A stretch of 64,000 bases of DNA from Escherichia coli (GTDB taxonomy: Bacteria; Pseudomonadota; Gammaproteobacteria; Enterobacterales; Enterobacteriaceae): assembly GCF_003334405.1 (NCBI RefSeq), contig NZ_QOWM01000012.1. One strand, given 5' to 3'. Below, in pieces: positions 41,573 through 52,660 of this stretch. Each line of letters starts with the position of its first letter. Position 1 is the stretch's first letter. The position numbers were made by a program, and so were the translations under genes. Under the pieces are notes generated by a model. It searched no databases. It was not told where the DNA came from and saw only the letters and a program-made list of their open reading frames with translations.

Positions 41573-41965
41573 TTAACCCAGCTTGCCCGAAAGCCCTTCC
41601 CAGCCTTCGCGCAGGTTGCTTAAGATCAGCATCACTTCATCGATTTTCTCTGCCGATAATTCGCCGCTGGCCTCATACAATCGGTAAACGCAGTGGTCAT
41701 AGAGTCGCGAAAGGTTGACCACCAGCTCACCGCCGGTTTCAAACTCCAGCGAACTGGTAAGCGCATTGAGAATGTCGATGCATTTATTGATGCTCTGGGC
41801 TTTCTTCTCGAAACGCCGCCCTTCAATATGGCTTTTGGCGCGTTCCAGCTCGTCCATCAGGCCAGAAAACAGCACCAGCACCAGTTCCAGAGGCGATGCC
41901 GCCGCAGTACGCGCCGCGAGATCGATCTCTTTATATTGTGAATAGCCGTCCTGTACTTGGTACAT
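41573..41965 (-). CDS. lafC: Flagellin chaperone, FliS-like
   Basis: 130-aa ORF with FliS-like sequence. Confidence 0.8.
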   Translation of the reverse strand: MYQVQDGYSQYKEIDLAARTAAASPLELVLVLFSGLMDELERAKSHIEGRRFEKKAQSINKCIDILNALTSSLEFETGGELVVNLSRLYDHCVYRLYEASGELSAEKIDEVMLILSNLREGWEGLSGKLG

Positions 41966-41987
41966 CTTTAGGGATATTCCTTCTGAG

Positions 41988-43304
41988 TTACGCGAATGCC
42001 GCCATGCTGGCTTTCATGGTGTACACCTCGACCAGCGTGTTGGTGTACTCCTCGAGATAACGGTCGTAGTTGGCGTTATAGGTATCGGTAAGCTGATCGC
42101 CTTCGTCCTGAATTTTGCTCATCTGATCGTCAATGTTCTGCTGGCGCAGGGTGATGATGCCGTTGCTGGAGTCCGTGTAGGTGTTAATCAGGTCGTCCAT
42201 CTGCGCCACCATGCTGTTGTCGCCAACGAAAATAGAGGTCAGACCGTCAGGATTTTTCGCCATTTCGTCGTTGAACTGGTCGGAGTCAATCTGTAAGTGG
42301 CCGTGAGAATCAAGCGTGATGCCATAGTCAACAATCGACACGCCGTTGTAGTTGGCATGGGCGATGTCATCGAGCTGGTTCGCCAGTGAATTGAGTCCGG
42401 CGTCGCCTGCAAATACCCCGGCGCTGGTACTGTCATCACCATGAGTAGTCAGTGAATCAACCGTATCAATCAAGGTGTTATAGGCATCGACAAAGGTCTG
42501 TACTTTCTCCTGACTGGCGCTGGAATCTTCGCTGATGTTAAAGGTAGTGAGATCGCTGTCAGAATCGCTGACTTCGGTGAAAGTCATGGTGACGCCGGGG
42601 ATCACATCATCAAATGTATTGCTGCTGTTGGTGATCTCAGGCCCTGTGGCGCTACCGAGATGAATAATCGCGTCCTGAGCGGAGGAAACATCCGTGGCAA
42701 CGGGCGCGCTGGCGCTATCGTTGCTGGCATCATGCCCCGTTACGCTCACCGAAAACGCGCTCTGCGCCCCGGTGCTATCCGAGGTGAGCATAATCGTGGT
42801 GGTGCCGTCGGTTTTTACCAGCGCAGCCGACACGCCCGGATTGTCATCGGAGTCGTTAATCGCATTCACCAGTTCACTGGCGTCGATAAAACCGTCGCCG
42901 TCACCGTTCTGATCCGCCGCCGCCAGATCAATATCCATGGTGCTGTCGCCCATGGTCATTTCGAACGTCCCCGTCGCAGAAAAGGTGTCATCACCCATAC
43001 TGAACGTGGTCTGCTGCCCCTGCGCCAGTTGTTCAACGAAAAACGAGTAGCTTCCCGCCTGCGCCTGCGAGTTAGCGGAAACGGTCGCCGAGTCATTATT
43101 GCTGGTGGCAGCGAAGGTCACCGGGCCGTCGGTATCGCTGTTTAGCGCATCCACGGCGCTCTGGAAATCGCTCAACGCCGAGCTGAGCGAGTCCAGGCCG
43201 CTGCTTTCGGCATCCAGCTCCGTTTGCTTCTCCTGCAAGTTTGCCGCCTGAGTGGCGACATCTGCATAAGCGATTTCTTGCGCAATGGTTCTTGGGTTGA
43301 TCAT
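41988..43304 (-). CDS. lafB: Filament cap protein, FliD-like
   Basis: 438-aa ORF with FliD-like N- and C-terminal coiled-coil regions. Confidence 0.8.
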   Translation of the reverse strand: MINPRTIAQEIAYADVATQAANLQEKQTELDAESSGLDSLSSALSDFQSAVDALNSDTDGPVTFAATSNNDSATVSANSQAQAGSYSFFVEQLAQGQQTTFSMGDDTFSATGTFEMTMGDSTMDIDLAAADQNGDGDGFIDASELVNAINDSDDNPGVSAALVKTDGTTTIMLTSDSTGAQSAFSVSVTGHDASNDSASAPVATDVSSAQDAIIHLGSATGPEITNSSNTFDDVIPGVTMTFTEVSDSDSDLTTFNISEDSSASQEKVQTFVDAYNTLIDTVDSLTTHGDDSTSAGVFAGDAGLNSLANQLDDIAHANYNGVSIVDYGITLDSHGHLQIDSDQFNDEMAKNPDGLTSIFVGDNSMVAQMDDLINTYTDSSNGIITLRQQNIDDQMSKIQDEGDQLTDTYNANYDRYLEEYTNTLVEVYTMKASMAAFA

Positions 43305-43484
43305 TGATGACTCCGGATAACGATGTCAGGTTATTGGCAAAAGGCGTGCCAATAATTTTTATGTGAATAATCAATAGATTGAAAAATGGGCGGAAAGGCC
43401 ATTTCCGGTCTGGTGGAAATACGCCTGCCGCAGAAAGAACAACACCGCCCGCAGGCGGTGTTGAGACTGATGACAAACGCAACA

Positions 43485-43590
43485 CTGCCTGATGCGCTGC
43501 GCTTATCAGGCCTACAAGGTTTCTGCAATATATTGAATTTGCAATATTTTGTAGGCCGGATAAGGCGTTCACGCCGCATCCGGCAAGTCC
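43485..43590. repeat. REP elements between lafB and lafA
   Basis: cctgatgcgctgcgcttatcaggcctac ... gtaggccggataaggcgttcacgccgcatccggcaag. Confidence 0.7.
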
Positions 43591-43594
43591 GCCA

Positions 43595-44509
43595 TTACTG
43601 CAGCAGGCTGGAAACCATGCTGGACATGCTGTTGGACTGTTTCAGCATGGTGATGCCGGTCTGCATCAGCACCTGCTGTTTGGTCATATTGGACGCTTCC
43701 GTAGCGTAGTCGGTATCCATGATGTTACCGATAGCAACTTCGGTGTTGTCCTGCATACTGGTCAGGTTATTAGCCGTGTCGTTCAGACGGTTGATAGACG
43801 CACCCAGCTTGGACTGGATCTGCGAAACATCATCCATCGCGGTAGAAATGCTGGTGATCATCTGGTTAGCCGAGCCAGACGCAGTCAGTTCAGTACCGCC
43901 AGAAACGCCTGCGGTGCCTGTGGTGTCTGCCTGATCCGCACTGAAGGAGTTGCTGATAGCAGAAAGGTCAGTCACCAGCGTGTTCAGTTGGCTAGAGATG
44001 TTCACGGTCATGGTGTCGGAAGATTCCGCGCCCACCTGGAAAGTTACCGCGCTCTGGAACAGGCCGTCAGTACCGGTGTTGCTGGTGCCGGAAACACCGA
44101 ACAGGTTGGTGCCGCCGTAGGTGGTGTTTTGCAGCATGTCAGACATCTGCTGGCCCAGTTCGTCGTATTCGTCCTGCATCGCCTGCAGATCGTCGTCGCT
44201 GTAGGTGCCGTTCGCTGCCTGAGTTGACAGGTCTTTCATACGACCCAGCACGTCAGACATTTCGTCGAACATGCTGTCGGCGGTTTGCAGCATCGCGGTG
44301 GCATCATTGATGTTGCTCAGCGCAACATCCATACCGCTGGACTGTGCTGTCAGACGGTTAGCAATTTGTTTGCCTGCGGCGTCATCGGCAGAAGAGTTAA
44401 TCCGGTTACCTGTCGCCAGGCGTTCCATAGATGTAGACAGAGAAGAGCTGCTTTTGCTGATTGCATTAACGGCGGCCATTGAGGCGTTATTGGTGTTAAT
44501 AGATAACAT
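43595..44509 (-). CDS. lafA: Lateral flagellin
   Basis: The ORF track starts at 44575; the conserved flagellin N-terminus MLSINTNNASMAAVNAISK begins at ~44509; conserved C-terminal D0 region. Confidence 0.85.
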   Translation of the reverse strand: MLSINTNNASMAAVNAISKSSSSLSTSMERLATGNRINSSADDAAGKQIANRLTAQSSGMDVALSNINDATAMLQTADSMFDEMSDVLGRMKDLSTQAANGTYSDDDLQAMQDEYDELGQQMSDMLQNTTYGGTNLFGVSGTSNTGTDGLFQSAVTFQVGAESSDTMTVNISSQLNTLVTDLSAISNSFSADQADTTGTAGVSGGTELTASGSANQMITSISTAMDDVSQIQSKLGASINRLNDTANNLTSMQDNTEVAIGNIMDTDYATEASNMTKQQVLMQTGITMLKQSNSMSSMVSSLLQ

Positions 44510-44943
44510 GATACTGCTCCTTGGGATTAATCGTTTTCGTTTCGATACCCTGTAAAAACGACACCTCGGGAGCAAACTTAAAACCGCCGTTAAAAAAATT
44601 TCACTGCGGTTTATCTGATGCCACTTTTAGCTAAAAAAAGCAGAGTTTAAATTCAGATAAAAAGATTATTAGCAATATCTGCCACATGGCCAGGTATCAA
44701 AATATGTCTTTATCAAACGCTTGATATAGTTAAGATTACCATCAATTAACGCGTTTTCTTCTCAATGTACTGATGCCAAAATTTACATTGCGTTGCAAAT
44801 AGTACACATTTGGCTATTGTACCTGTCCTGTCATTTCGTTACATTTCCACGCCATATAGTGATTAAGAATAATCCTATTACCATAAAATATTAATTATCA
44901 CGCAGAAAAATCATCTTCTCAGGGACGTATAAGACTGTGCTTT

Positions 44944-45837
44944 ATGCAAAGCACTATCAGGAAACATTTATCCCTTGCTAAGGTAAACTCAACTATGAGT
45001 ATTATTATCAACAACTGGCGGATGGACCCGTCGCTTAATGCCTTAATACATTGCGAAACGGGTGAAACACGTCGTCTCGGCGAATACCATTTTATTTTGC
45101 TGGAAACATTAGCAAAAAATGCCGATGTGGTTTTATCGCGATCTTATTTATGTGCCGAAGTATGGAAGAACCGCATTGTCGGCGGTAACAGCCTGCCGAC
45201 GGCGATACATGCATTACGCGTTGCTATCGACGATGATGGCAAACAACAGAACATTATTAAAACCATCCCGAAAAAAGGTTACCTGTGCAATAAAGAGTAT
45301 GTGTCTTTGCCGGAGTCATCGCCTGCGGAAGCGCTGATTATTACCAACCAGGTACAGGAAACTGTGCCAGGAGAGATATCTTCGACAACCCTGCCTGTGC
45401 CTGTTAGAAAAAAACATAAAGGACTGATGGGGTTAGCGTTGACCGCGGCTGTTATATTTATTGGCTCGACCGTGGGGTATTCACACTTGAAAAGTACACC
45501 TGACGCCCCGCAACTGGTAAAAGAGTCAATTAACAGCCCAAGAATAAAAATATTTCACCTTAGTTCTGGAAAAGAAAATAATTCCGCACCGTTACTGTCA
45601 CAAACCCTCGCACCAGGAAAAGACAAACTCGATAATTTATTGTCAGCGCATAATATGACAATGACAACCTATTATAAATATGTTCGTAACCGACTGGAGA
45701 GTGATATTGTTCTGCGCAACCAGTGCAACGGTAGCTGGCAATTAACCTTTAATGTGGATGAGTGGCAGAATAGCGATATTAATAGCGCGATGTATCAGAA
45801 TTTAGAGAAGTTGTTAAATACTGTGCAGAAGTGCTGA
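44944..45837 (+). CDS. lafZ: ToxR/CadC-like membrane-anchored transcriptional regulator
   Basis: N-terminal OmpR/PhoB-type winged helix, single TM helix GLMGLALTAAVIFIGSTVGY, periplasmic C-terminal domain; start may be MSIIINN at 44995. Confidence 0.7.
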   Translation: MQSTIRKHLSLAKVNSTMSIIINNWRMDPSLNALIHCETGETRRLGEYHFILLETLAKNADVVLSRSYLCAEVWKNRIVGGNSLPTAIHALRVAIDDDGKQQNIIKTIPKKGYLCNKEYVSLPESSPAEALIITNQVQETVPGEISSTTLPVPVRKKHKGLMGLALTAAVIFIGSTVGYSHLKSTPDAPQLVKESINSPRIKIFHLSSGKENNSAPLLSQTLAPGKDKLDNLLSAHNMTMTTYYKYVRNRLESDIVLRNQCNGSWQLTFNVDEWQNSDINSAMYQNLEKLLNTVQKC

Positions 45838-45844
45838 TGAGTGC

Positions 45845-45892
45845 CAATATATGCCGGATGCGACGCTAAACGCGTCTTATCCGGCCTACCGA
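45845..45892. repeat. REP element
   Basis: gccggatgcgacgctaaacgcgtcttatccggcctac. Confidence 0.6.
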
Positions 45893-45895
45893 TAA

Positions 45896-46873
45896 TTATC
45901 CCAATAAACTCCTCACCGTCTGGCTGGAAATTCGCGCCTGACCATTCACCGCCTGCAATAACACCTGATAGTTATGATTCGCGCTATCCAACACGCCGCC
46001 GAGATTTTCCGACGCCTGCACGGCGTTTTCCGTTTGCGGGAAGCGGGACATGCCGTCGATCAACTGGCGGGCTTTTTCCTGCTGCACCGCCATTTGCGCG
46101 CGCTGCTGATTAATGTTTTCTAACATCTGGGAAATCCCTGCCCCGCCCTGTTGCAGGCTTTGCGCTAAACGCTCGGCCTGCGACGGTTCGGCAAAGGTTT
46201 TTAGCGGCATAAACGCCGACTTATCACCATCGGTGCGCACGCTTAAGGTGCTTTCAATGTTGGGCCACTGCTTTTCGGTGGTGGAGAAGCTGATGCCGTC
46301 CGCTTGCTGATGCAGTTGCACACCCACGCGGCGCAGGGCGTTGGTCAGCCGCGTCTGATACTGCGCGGCGCTGTCATCCTCAGACAGCATCACCGCCGAA
46401 AGCTGAGTCTGCCGCCCGTCAGAGACGCTGAACATGCGCGTTCCCGGCGTGGGGTTGTGTACGAGATTCGCCAGATCCGGCGAGTGAAAAGTCACCCGCG
46501 CCTCGCCCTGCAACACTGGCTGCAACTGGCGGTCTACCGCACCGCCGGAAAGCGCGGTGCGTTTGTCCAGCATCTGCATCAGCGCCGTACTCTGCGCCTG
46601 CCCGCCCTTACGCTGGCTGTGACGATAATCGAGCAACTGCTGCTCCAGTTGCCCGAGGTAGTGATCCGCCTGCTGCAACGTGGTGAGCTGGTCGTTAAGC
46701 TGCACGCTGTAACGCTGCGGGCGAGTGGTAATCAGCGGCGAGGCCGGATATTCACTCGCCGTCGCCGGGAGTTTTTGCCGCACCGCCTGAGTGGGCGCAA
46801 CGGTTGACGACGATACCGCAGCGCTATGCGCGCTGCCGGTGGCGAGTGACGAAGAAGTAAGTCCGACCTGCAT
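45896..46873 (-). CDS. lafW: Lateral-flagella-specific protein of unknown function
   Basis: 325-aa Gln-rich ORF at the conserved position between lafZ and the flgL homolog. Confidence 0.6.
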   Translation of the reverse strand: MQVGLTSSSLATGSAHSAAVSSSTVAPTQAVRQKLPATASEYPASPLITTRPQRYSVQLNDQLTTLQQADHYLGQLEQQLLDYRHSQRKGGQAQSTALMQMLDKRTALSGGAVDRQLQPVLQGEARVTFHSPDLANLVHNPTPGTRMFSVSDGRQTQLSAVMLSEDDSAAQYQTRLTNALRRVGVQLHQQADGISFSTTEKQWPNIESTLSVRTDGDKSAFMPLKTFAEPSQAERLAQSLQQGGAGISQMLENINQQRAQMAVQQEKARQLIDGMSRFPQTENAVQASENLGGVLDSANHNYQVLLQAVNGQARISSQTVRSLLG

Positions 46874-46889
46874 ACGGTTCCTGAAAGAG

Positions 46890-47819
46890 TTAGAGAACGC
46901 TGAACAAATTCAACTCACTCACTTTCGAGTAAGTCTTGAGAGTAGCTTCCATTGCCACTTCCAGTCCGGTAAAGGTGATCGACGCCGGGCCGTAATCGAG
47001 ATCCTGTAAAGAACCAATCAACTCATCATTAGAGGTAGAAATATCGGTCTGCGCATCGCTCAGCATCGACATGGTGTTCTGCGTCTCGCCAAGCGACGCA
47101 ATTGAGGCGTTGAGATCGTCCGAAGCGGTATCCACCACATCAACGGCGTTCTGAATATCGCTCTGCACCTGCGGATCTGCCGGGTCAACGTTGGGGGCTT
47201 GCAACTCCTGAGAGAGCGAATTGAGCGTGTTGAGCACATCTAAATTGCTACCGAAGAAATCGCTCGCCGCCACGTTGGTATCCACTTCCACGCCGTTCGA
47301 AACGGTGGTCTGGCGGTGGTCGCTGTTGCCCTGATAGCTGTAGCTATCGGTCACGCCGTCGCCGTCATCGTCCACCGCCACAATCGGCGGCTGATCGTTG
47401 ATAGTGCCGCCAAACACGTAGTGCCCGTCTTCGTCCTGATAGTTCAGCGCCGCGACCATTGATTCGGTGAGCGACTCAATATCCTGCCCGAGACTTGCGA
47501 GCGAATCGGCGGTATTGGTGCCGTTCGCTGCTTCCAGCAGGTCGTCACGCACCGCCAGCAGGCTGTTGTTGACGCCATCGAGAATTGATTCCTGCTGGCT
47601 TAACCCCGCCGACGCGGAGTCGATATTGCTCTGATACTGCTCAATCGCCGACTGCTGGCGGTTTAACTGGGTAATGCGCGTGGCGGCGATCGGGTCATCG
47701 GACGGCTGCAAAATCTGCTTGCCGGTTGCCATCTGCTCGACCACATGCGCCAGATCGCCGGAGAGATCATTAAAACTTTGCGTCATCGAGACGTAGGTTT
47801 GTTGGGTGGTTACTCGCAT
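46890..47819 (-). CDS. lfgL: Hook-filament junction protein, FlgL-like
   Basis: Flagellin-like N- and C-terminal helices; ORF track start is 47843, likely start MRVTTQQ. Confidence 0.8.
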   Translation of the reverse strand: MRVTTQQTYVSMTQSFNDLSGDLAHVVEQMATGKQILQPSDDPIAATRITQLNRQQSAIEQYQSNIDSASAGLSQQESILDGVNNSLLAVRDDLLEAANGTNTADSLASLGQDIESLTESMVAALNYQDEDGHYVFGGTINDQPPIVAVDDDGDGVTDSYSYQGNSDHRQTTVSNGVEVDTNVAASDFFGSNLDVLNTLNSLSQELQAPNVDPADPQVQSDIQNAVDVVDTASDDLNASIASLGETQNTMSMLSDAQTDISTSNDELIGSLQDLDYGPASITFTGLEVAMEATLKTYSKVSELNLFSVL

Positions 47820-47833
47820 TTTCGCGCTCCCGC

Positions 47834-49210
47834 TTAGCTGCACATTTCCAGCACCGAATCGAAAATCTCGGCCCCGGCGGAAATGACTTTCAGATTGGCT
47901 TCATAAATTTGTTGATAGGTGATCAGGTTAACCGCCTCTTCGTCCATGCTGACGCCGCTGACGCTGCTCTGCTGGTTTTGCGCTGCGGAATAGACATTGG
48001 ACGCGGCATCGACTTCCGTCTGGTTTTGCTGGCTGTAAATGCCGATATTGCTGATGATTGACGAGCACGCCTGCCCGACCGTCACACTGCCAAGATTGGC
48101 AATTTCCAGCGGTTCGGTGGAGATGTTGATCAGCGCCTGCAGGTTGTCGCTGTTACCGCTTTCGTCCGGCGAACTGGAAAACGCCAGCTCATCGGCGGTG
48201 ATATCCGGGTTAACGGTCAGTGGGCCATCGGCATTGCTGGCGTCATAAATAAACAGCGGCTCGCCGGGGTTACCGTTGAGATCGTAGCCCTGCGCCAGCT
48301 GGTTGTTGACCGCATCGGCAAACTGCGAGGCCATGCTGTTGATGGTGTCGGTCAACGGCGTCAGCACATCGTTTTGATAATCAAACAGTGCGCCTAATGA
48401 ACCTCCAGTGTCGGTGGTCATCGTCGAGGTGGTGCCAGCGAAGGTCAGCGACATGGTCGGCGTGCCGTCGGCGTTGGTTTCCAGCGCGATGGTCGAGCTT
48501 TGTTGCCCGCTCACCAGCGGCTGACCGTTTTTCAGGGTGACGTTGTAGTTGCCCTGGTCGTCGATATTGACCTGCACTTCCATCATCCCGCTCAGTTCTT
48601 CCACCATCTGATCGCGGGCGTCGTACAGCGCAGAGGCGTTATCACCGTTGGCTTCGGCCTGAGCAATTTGCTGGTTATAGCTGGCGATACCGCTGGTGAG
48701 CGTGTTGATTTGCGACACCATCGCCTGCTGCTGGCTGATGATTTCCGTGCTTTGCGAGTCGACGTAATCGAGCGTGTTATCAATACGCAACGACAGCGCC
48801 CCGGCTTCGCTGATCACCTGCTCGCGCAGGGCGGAATCATCGGGGCTGGTGGTCGCTTCGTTAAGGGCGGCGAAGAAGTTATCGAAGCCGCCGCTCAGGC
48901 TGCTGTTATCGTCGCTTAGTACCGCTTCCAGTTGGCTGAGATACCCCTGCTGGGTGCTGTAATAGCCGTAATCGCTGGCGGCATACCACACCTGATTCAC
49001 CTGATACTGGTTGGAGACGCGGCGAATGCTGTCCACCTGTACGCCGTTACCGGCGCTGTTCGGCGAACCGCCGCTGGCACCGATGGTGCTGATCTCCGCC
49101 ACCTGGCGAGTGTAGCCAGTGATCATGGCGTTAGCGGTGTTTTGCGCCGTGACGTTCAGCTCCACCTGCGCGGTTGATGCGCCGCTGTAGCCGATGTTAA
49201 TCATGTCCAT
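47834..49210 (-). CDS. lfgK: Hook-associated protein, FlgK-like
   Basis: 458-aa ORF with FlgK-like termini. Confidence 0.85.
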   Translation of the reverse strand: MDMINIGYSGASTAQVELNVTAQNTANAMITGYTRQVAEISTIGASGGSPNSAGNGVQVDSIRRVSNQYQVNQVWYAASDYGYYSTQQGYLSQLEAVLSDDNSSLSGGFDNFFAALNEATTSPDDSALREQVISEAGALSLRIDNTLDYVDSQSTEIISQQQAMVSQINTLTSGIASYNQQIAQAEANGDNASALYDARDQMVEELSGMMEVQVNIDDQGNYNVTLKNGQPLVSGQQSSTIALETNADGTPTMSLTFAGTTSTMTTDTGGSLGALFDYQNDVLTPLTDTINSMASQFADAVNNQLAQGYDLNGNPGEPLFIYDASNADGPLTVNPDITADELAFSSSPDESGNSDNLQALINISTEPLEIANLGSVTVGQACSSIISNIGIYSQQNQTEVDAASNVYSAAQNQQSSVSGVSMDEEAVNLITYQQIYEANLKVISAGAEIFDSVLEMCS

Positions 49211-49274
49211 GTTGGATCCTTACCGGTAAATCGTGCCGGTTAAAAGCGGCGTGAAGATGGGGATTCTTAAATTC

Positions 49275-49500
<226 letters not shown>

Positions 49501-49513
49501 GAACGTCGGAGCC

Positions 49514-49813
49514 TCACCTATGCTTCGGCGACAACTGCTTCACAATCATCGCCGCAATCCCAATCCCGTGCTGCTGCGCCAGGGTGTTACACAACTCATC
49601 GTCATAAAATCCCTGCATCATGCGCACCGAATCGCTGTTAAATGGGTTATCTTTCGAATCAAACAACTCGTTGGTTTTACGCATCTCTTTCAGCATGTTG
49701 CGTAAAAAAATCGCCTCAAACTGTTCGGCGGCCTGCCTGATATCATTGGCCTGAACCTTCGGCCCCATTAACGCATCGCTGCCGTCAATCCCGCCGCTGC
49801 CGTTAACTTTCAT
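49514..49813 (-). CDS. lfgJ: Rod-binding protein, FlgJ N-terminal-domain-only homolog
   Basis: 99-aa ORF carrying only the rod-binding region; no muramidase domain. Confidence 0.75.
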   Translation of the reverse strand: MKVNGSGGIDGSDALMGPKVQANDIRQAAEQFEAIFLRNMLKEMRKTNELFDSKDNPFNSDSVRMMQGFYDDELCNTLAQQHGIGIAAMIVKQLSPKHR

Positions 49814-50928
49814 CAGATCACCTCCAGGTCGGCATCCAGCGCGCCCGCTTCATGCAGCGCCTGCAAAATTGACATAATGTCATCCGGCGTCGCACCTAAA
49901 CTGTTCAACGCATTGACCAGCGTTTTCAGGCTGCTCGACTCCGGCAAACTCACCACGCCCGGACGGGCATGATTCACCGCGATATTGCTCTGCGGCGTTA
50001 CCGCTGTGCGCCCGCCCGCAAAGGCATTCGGCTGGCTGACGTTGCTGGTTTCGTTAATCGAAACGGTCAAACTGCCGTGCGACACCGCCGCCGCGTGCAG
50101 CGCAACGCCATCGCCCATCACCACCGTGCCGGTACGCGAGTTAAACACCACGCGAGCGCGGATTTTCTCTGCCTGCACCTGCACATCGTCCAGTTGCGAC
50201 ATAAACGCCACCCGCGCACCGGGGCTGGTAGGCGCACGCACGGTAACGTTGGTGGAACTCTGTGCGGTGGCAATGCCACCAAACGAGGCGTTAATCGCCG
50301 CCGCAATGTTGTTAGCGTCTTTAAACGACGGACGTTTCAGGTTGAGGGTGATAGTGTCGCCCATCTGAAAATCGCTGGGGATCTCGCGCTCCACCGTTGC
50401 GCCGTTAGGAATTAACCCGGCGGTTGGAGTATTAACCGTTACGCTGGAGCCACTAGCCCCGGTGGCGTTCATCCCGCCGACCACCACGCTGCCCTGCGCC
50501 AGGGCATACACTTCACCATCTGCGCCGTGCAACTGCGTCAACAGCAAGGTGCCGCCGCGAATACTTTTCGCATCGCCAATCGACGAGACGGTGACATCAA
50601 TGGTCTGCCCGCGCGAGTACATCGGCGGCAACGTGGCGCTCACCGCCACTGCGGCGACGTTTTTCACCTTCGGGTCGATTTTATTCGGCAACTGCACGCC
50701 AAACTGGCGCAGCATATTGGTGATGGTCTGGTTGGTGAATTTGACCTGGTTTTTATCACCGGTACCGTCGAGGCCGACCACCAGGCTGTAGCCGACCAGT
50801 TGGTTTTCACGCACGCCCTGTACGTTAACCAGTGACTCCAGCGATTGCGCCAGCACCACGCCGGGTAGCGCCAGGCTTACGGCTACGACCACTGTTTTTA
50901 TCCAGTTTTGCATTGCACTCTCCGGCAT
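49813..50928 (-). CDS. lfgI: P-ring protein, FlgI-like
   Basis: 371-aa ORF with signal peptide and FlgI-like sequence. Confidence 0.9.
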   Translation of the reverse strand: MPESAMQNWIKTVVVAVSLALPGVVLAQSLESLVNVQGVRENQLVGYSLVVGLDGTGDKNQVKFTNQTITNMLRQFGVQLPNKIDPKVKNVAAVAVSATLPPMYSRGQTIDVTVSSIGDAKSIRGGTLLLTQLHGADGEVYALAQGSVVVGGMNATGASGSSVTVNTPTAGLIPNGATVEREIPSDFQMGDTITLNLKRPSFKDANNIAAAINASFGGIATAQSSTNVTVRAPTSPGARVAFMSQLDDVQVQAEKIRARVVFNSRTGTVVMGDGVALHAAAVSHGSLTVSINETSNVSQPNAFAGGRTAVTPQSNIAVNHARPGVVSLPESSSLKTLVNALNSLGATPDDIMSILQALHEAGALDADLEVI

Positions 50929-51593
50929 TAAATCGGGAACAGAGGATGGTTAAACAACCGCGTCAGCCAGCCTGCGGCATTGGCGTCGCTTAACGCGCCA
51001 CGTCCGGCATAGGAGATACGGGCGTCGGCGATCCGCTGGGAGGAAACCGAGTTGTCGTTCTGGATGTCGTCGGCGCGCACCAGGCCGCTTAAGCGGATGT
51101 ACTCATCGCCCTGGTTGAGGGTGAGCCATTTCTCGCCGCGAATTTCCAGGATGCCGTTGGGCTGCACCGCATGGACGGAAACGGTGATCTCCCCGCGCAG
51201 GCTGTTCTGCTGCTGGGAAGTGGCGCTGCCGTCAAAGTCGCGGTTGGCGTCGATAGAGCCGGAAAGCTTATCTTTAGTGTGACCAAAAATGGTCGGTGCG
51301 CCGATATCGACGGTGTTGCTTTTGCCGAAGTTGGTTTTCGCCTGTTTGCTCGACTGGGTGGATTCTTCGAGGATCACCGTCAGGATATCGCCCACGCGAT
51401 AAGCCCGCCGATCGGCGGTCAGCGACCAGTTGTAGCCAGTTTCAAATACACCGCCAGCACGCCCGTCTGCCGGAGGCGGTGCTTCGGTTTTCGGTGGCGC
51501 AAAGTATGCGTCGTCTTTTTTGACCAGAATGGCCTGCGATTCACACCCGCTAAGCAGGGGAAGCAGTGCCACCAGCCAGAGATAATTTTTCAC
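50928..51593 (-). CDS. lfgH: L-ring lipoprotein, FlgH-like
   Basis: 221-aa ORF with lipobox LLSGC. Confidence 0.85.
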   Translation of the reverse strand: MKNYLWLVALLPLLSGCESQAILVKKDDAYFAPPKTEAPPPADGRAGGVFETGYNWSLTADRRAYRVGDILTVILEESTQSSKQAKTNFGKSNTVDIGAPTIFGHTKDKLSGSIDANRDFDGSATSQQQNSLRGEITVSVHAVQPNGILEIRGEKWLTLNQGDEYIRLSGLVRADDIQNDNSVSSQRIADARISYAGRGALSDANAAGWLTRLFNHPLFPI

Positions 51594-51631
51594 GTTCTGC
51601 CTGTTTTAAATACAGTGAGTTATGTGCTCTT

Positions 51632-51795
51632 GTAGGTCGGATAAGACGCGTCAGCGTCGCATCCGACAACAAGCGTGTGCACATTGCCCGATGCGCGTGT
51701 GGACGGTTTATAAACGGTTAATCAACCAAACTATGTGCACCGTCCACTCGCTTATCGTGCCTACAAGGGCGTCAGCGTCGCATCCGACATTTCGC
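51632..51795. repeat. REP-like palindromic elements
   Basis: gtaggtcggataagacgcgtcagcgtcgcatccgac and an inverted copy. Confidence 0.6.
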
Positions 51796-51796
51796 C

Positions 51797-52582
51797 TTAC
51801 AGCGTCTGGCTGATGTACTGCAACATATCGTCCGCCGCCGACACCATTTTGGCGTTCATCTCGTACGCGCGTTGCACCGTAATCATCGCCACCATTTCGT
51901 TGACGATATCCACGTTCGAGCCTTCCAGTGCGTTGTCCTGCAAAGTGCCAAGCCCATCTTCGCCCGGCACACCTTCTGTCGGCTGACCGCTGGCGGCGGT
52001 TTCCAGATACAGGTTGTCGCCCTCGGCGGAAAGCCCCGCCGGGTTGGCGAAGTTAACCAGCGTCAGTTGCCCTAACTCGGTCGCGTCGCTGTCGCCGGGT
52101 AAGATCGCCGTCACTGTGCCATCCTCACCAAACGCGACGTTGGTGGCCCCTGCCGGAACGTCGATTTCCGGCTGCAACGGCAAGCCCTGCGAGTTGGTCA
52201 GCACGCCGTCGGCGTTCACCTGCAAGTTGCCATCGCGGATATAGGCGATATCGCCGTTAGCCTTTTGCACCTGCAAAAATCCCTGCCCCATAATGGCGAC
52301 ATTCATCGCGTTGTCGGTGGTTTCGACGTTGCCTTCGGTGAAGGTTTTCTGGGTACCGACAATGCGCACGCCGCTACCGAATTGCAGCCCGGTCGGCATG
52401 ATGTTGTTCTGGTCGAGCATCGCGCCCGGCGCTTCCTGGGTCTGGTAGAACAGATCCTGAAACATCACCCGGTCGCGCTTGAAGCCGGTGGTATTAACGT
52501 TGGCGATGTTGTTGGCAATCGCGCTCATTTCAGCATCCTGCGCCGAGAGGCCGGTTTTGCTGATCCATAATGCTGCGTTCAT
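51797..52582 (-). CDS. lfgG: Distal rod protein, FlgG-like
   Basis: 261-aa ORF with conserved rod-protein termini. Confidence 0.9.
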   Translation of the reverse strand: MNAALWISKTGLSAQDAEMSAIANNIANVNTTGFKRDRVMFQDLFYQTQEAPGAMLDQNNIMPTGLQFGSGVRIVGTQKTFTEGNVETTDNAMNVAIMGQGFLQVQKANGDIAYIRDGNLQVNADGVLTNSQGLPLQPEIDVPAGATNVAFGEDGTVTAILPGDSDATELGQLTLVNFANPAGLSAEGDNLYLETAASGQPTEGVPGEDGLGTLQDNALEGSNVDIVNEMVAMITVQRAYEMNAKMVSAADDMLQYISQTL

Positions 52583-52606
52583 GGTGGTAAATTCCGTGTT
52601 ATTTTT

Positions 52607-52650
52607 GGGCCGCGGTTGCCGGATGCGGCGTGAACGCCTTATCCGGCCTA
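52607..52650. repeat. REP element
   Basis: gccggatgcggcgtgaacgccttatccggcctac. Confidence 0.6.
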
Positions 52651-52660
52651 CGATGTGCGG

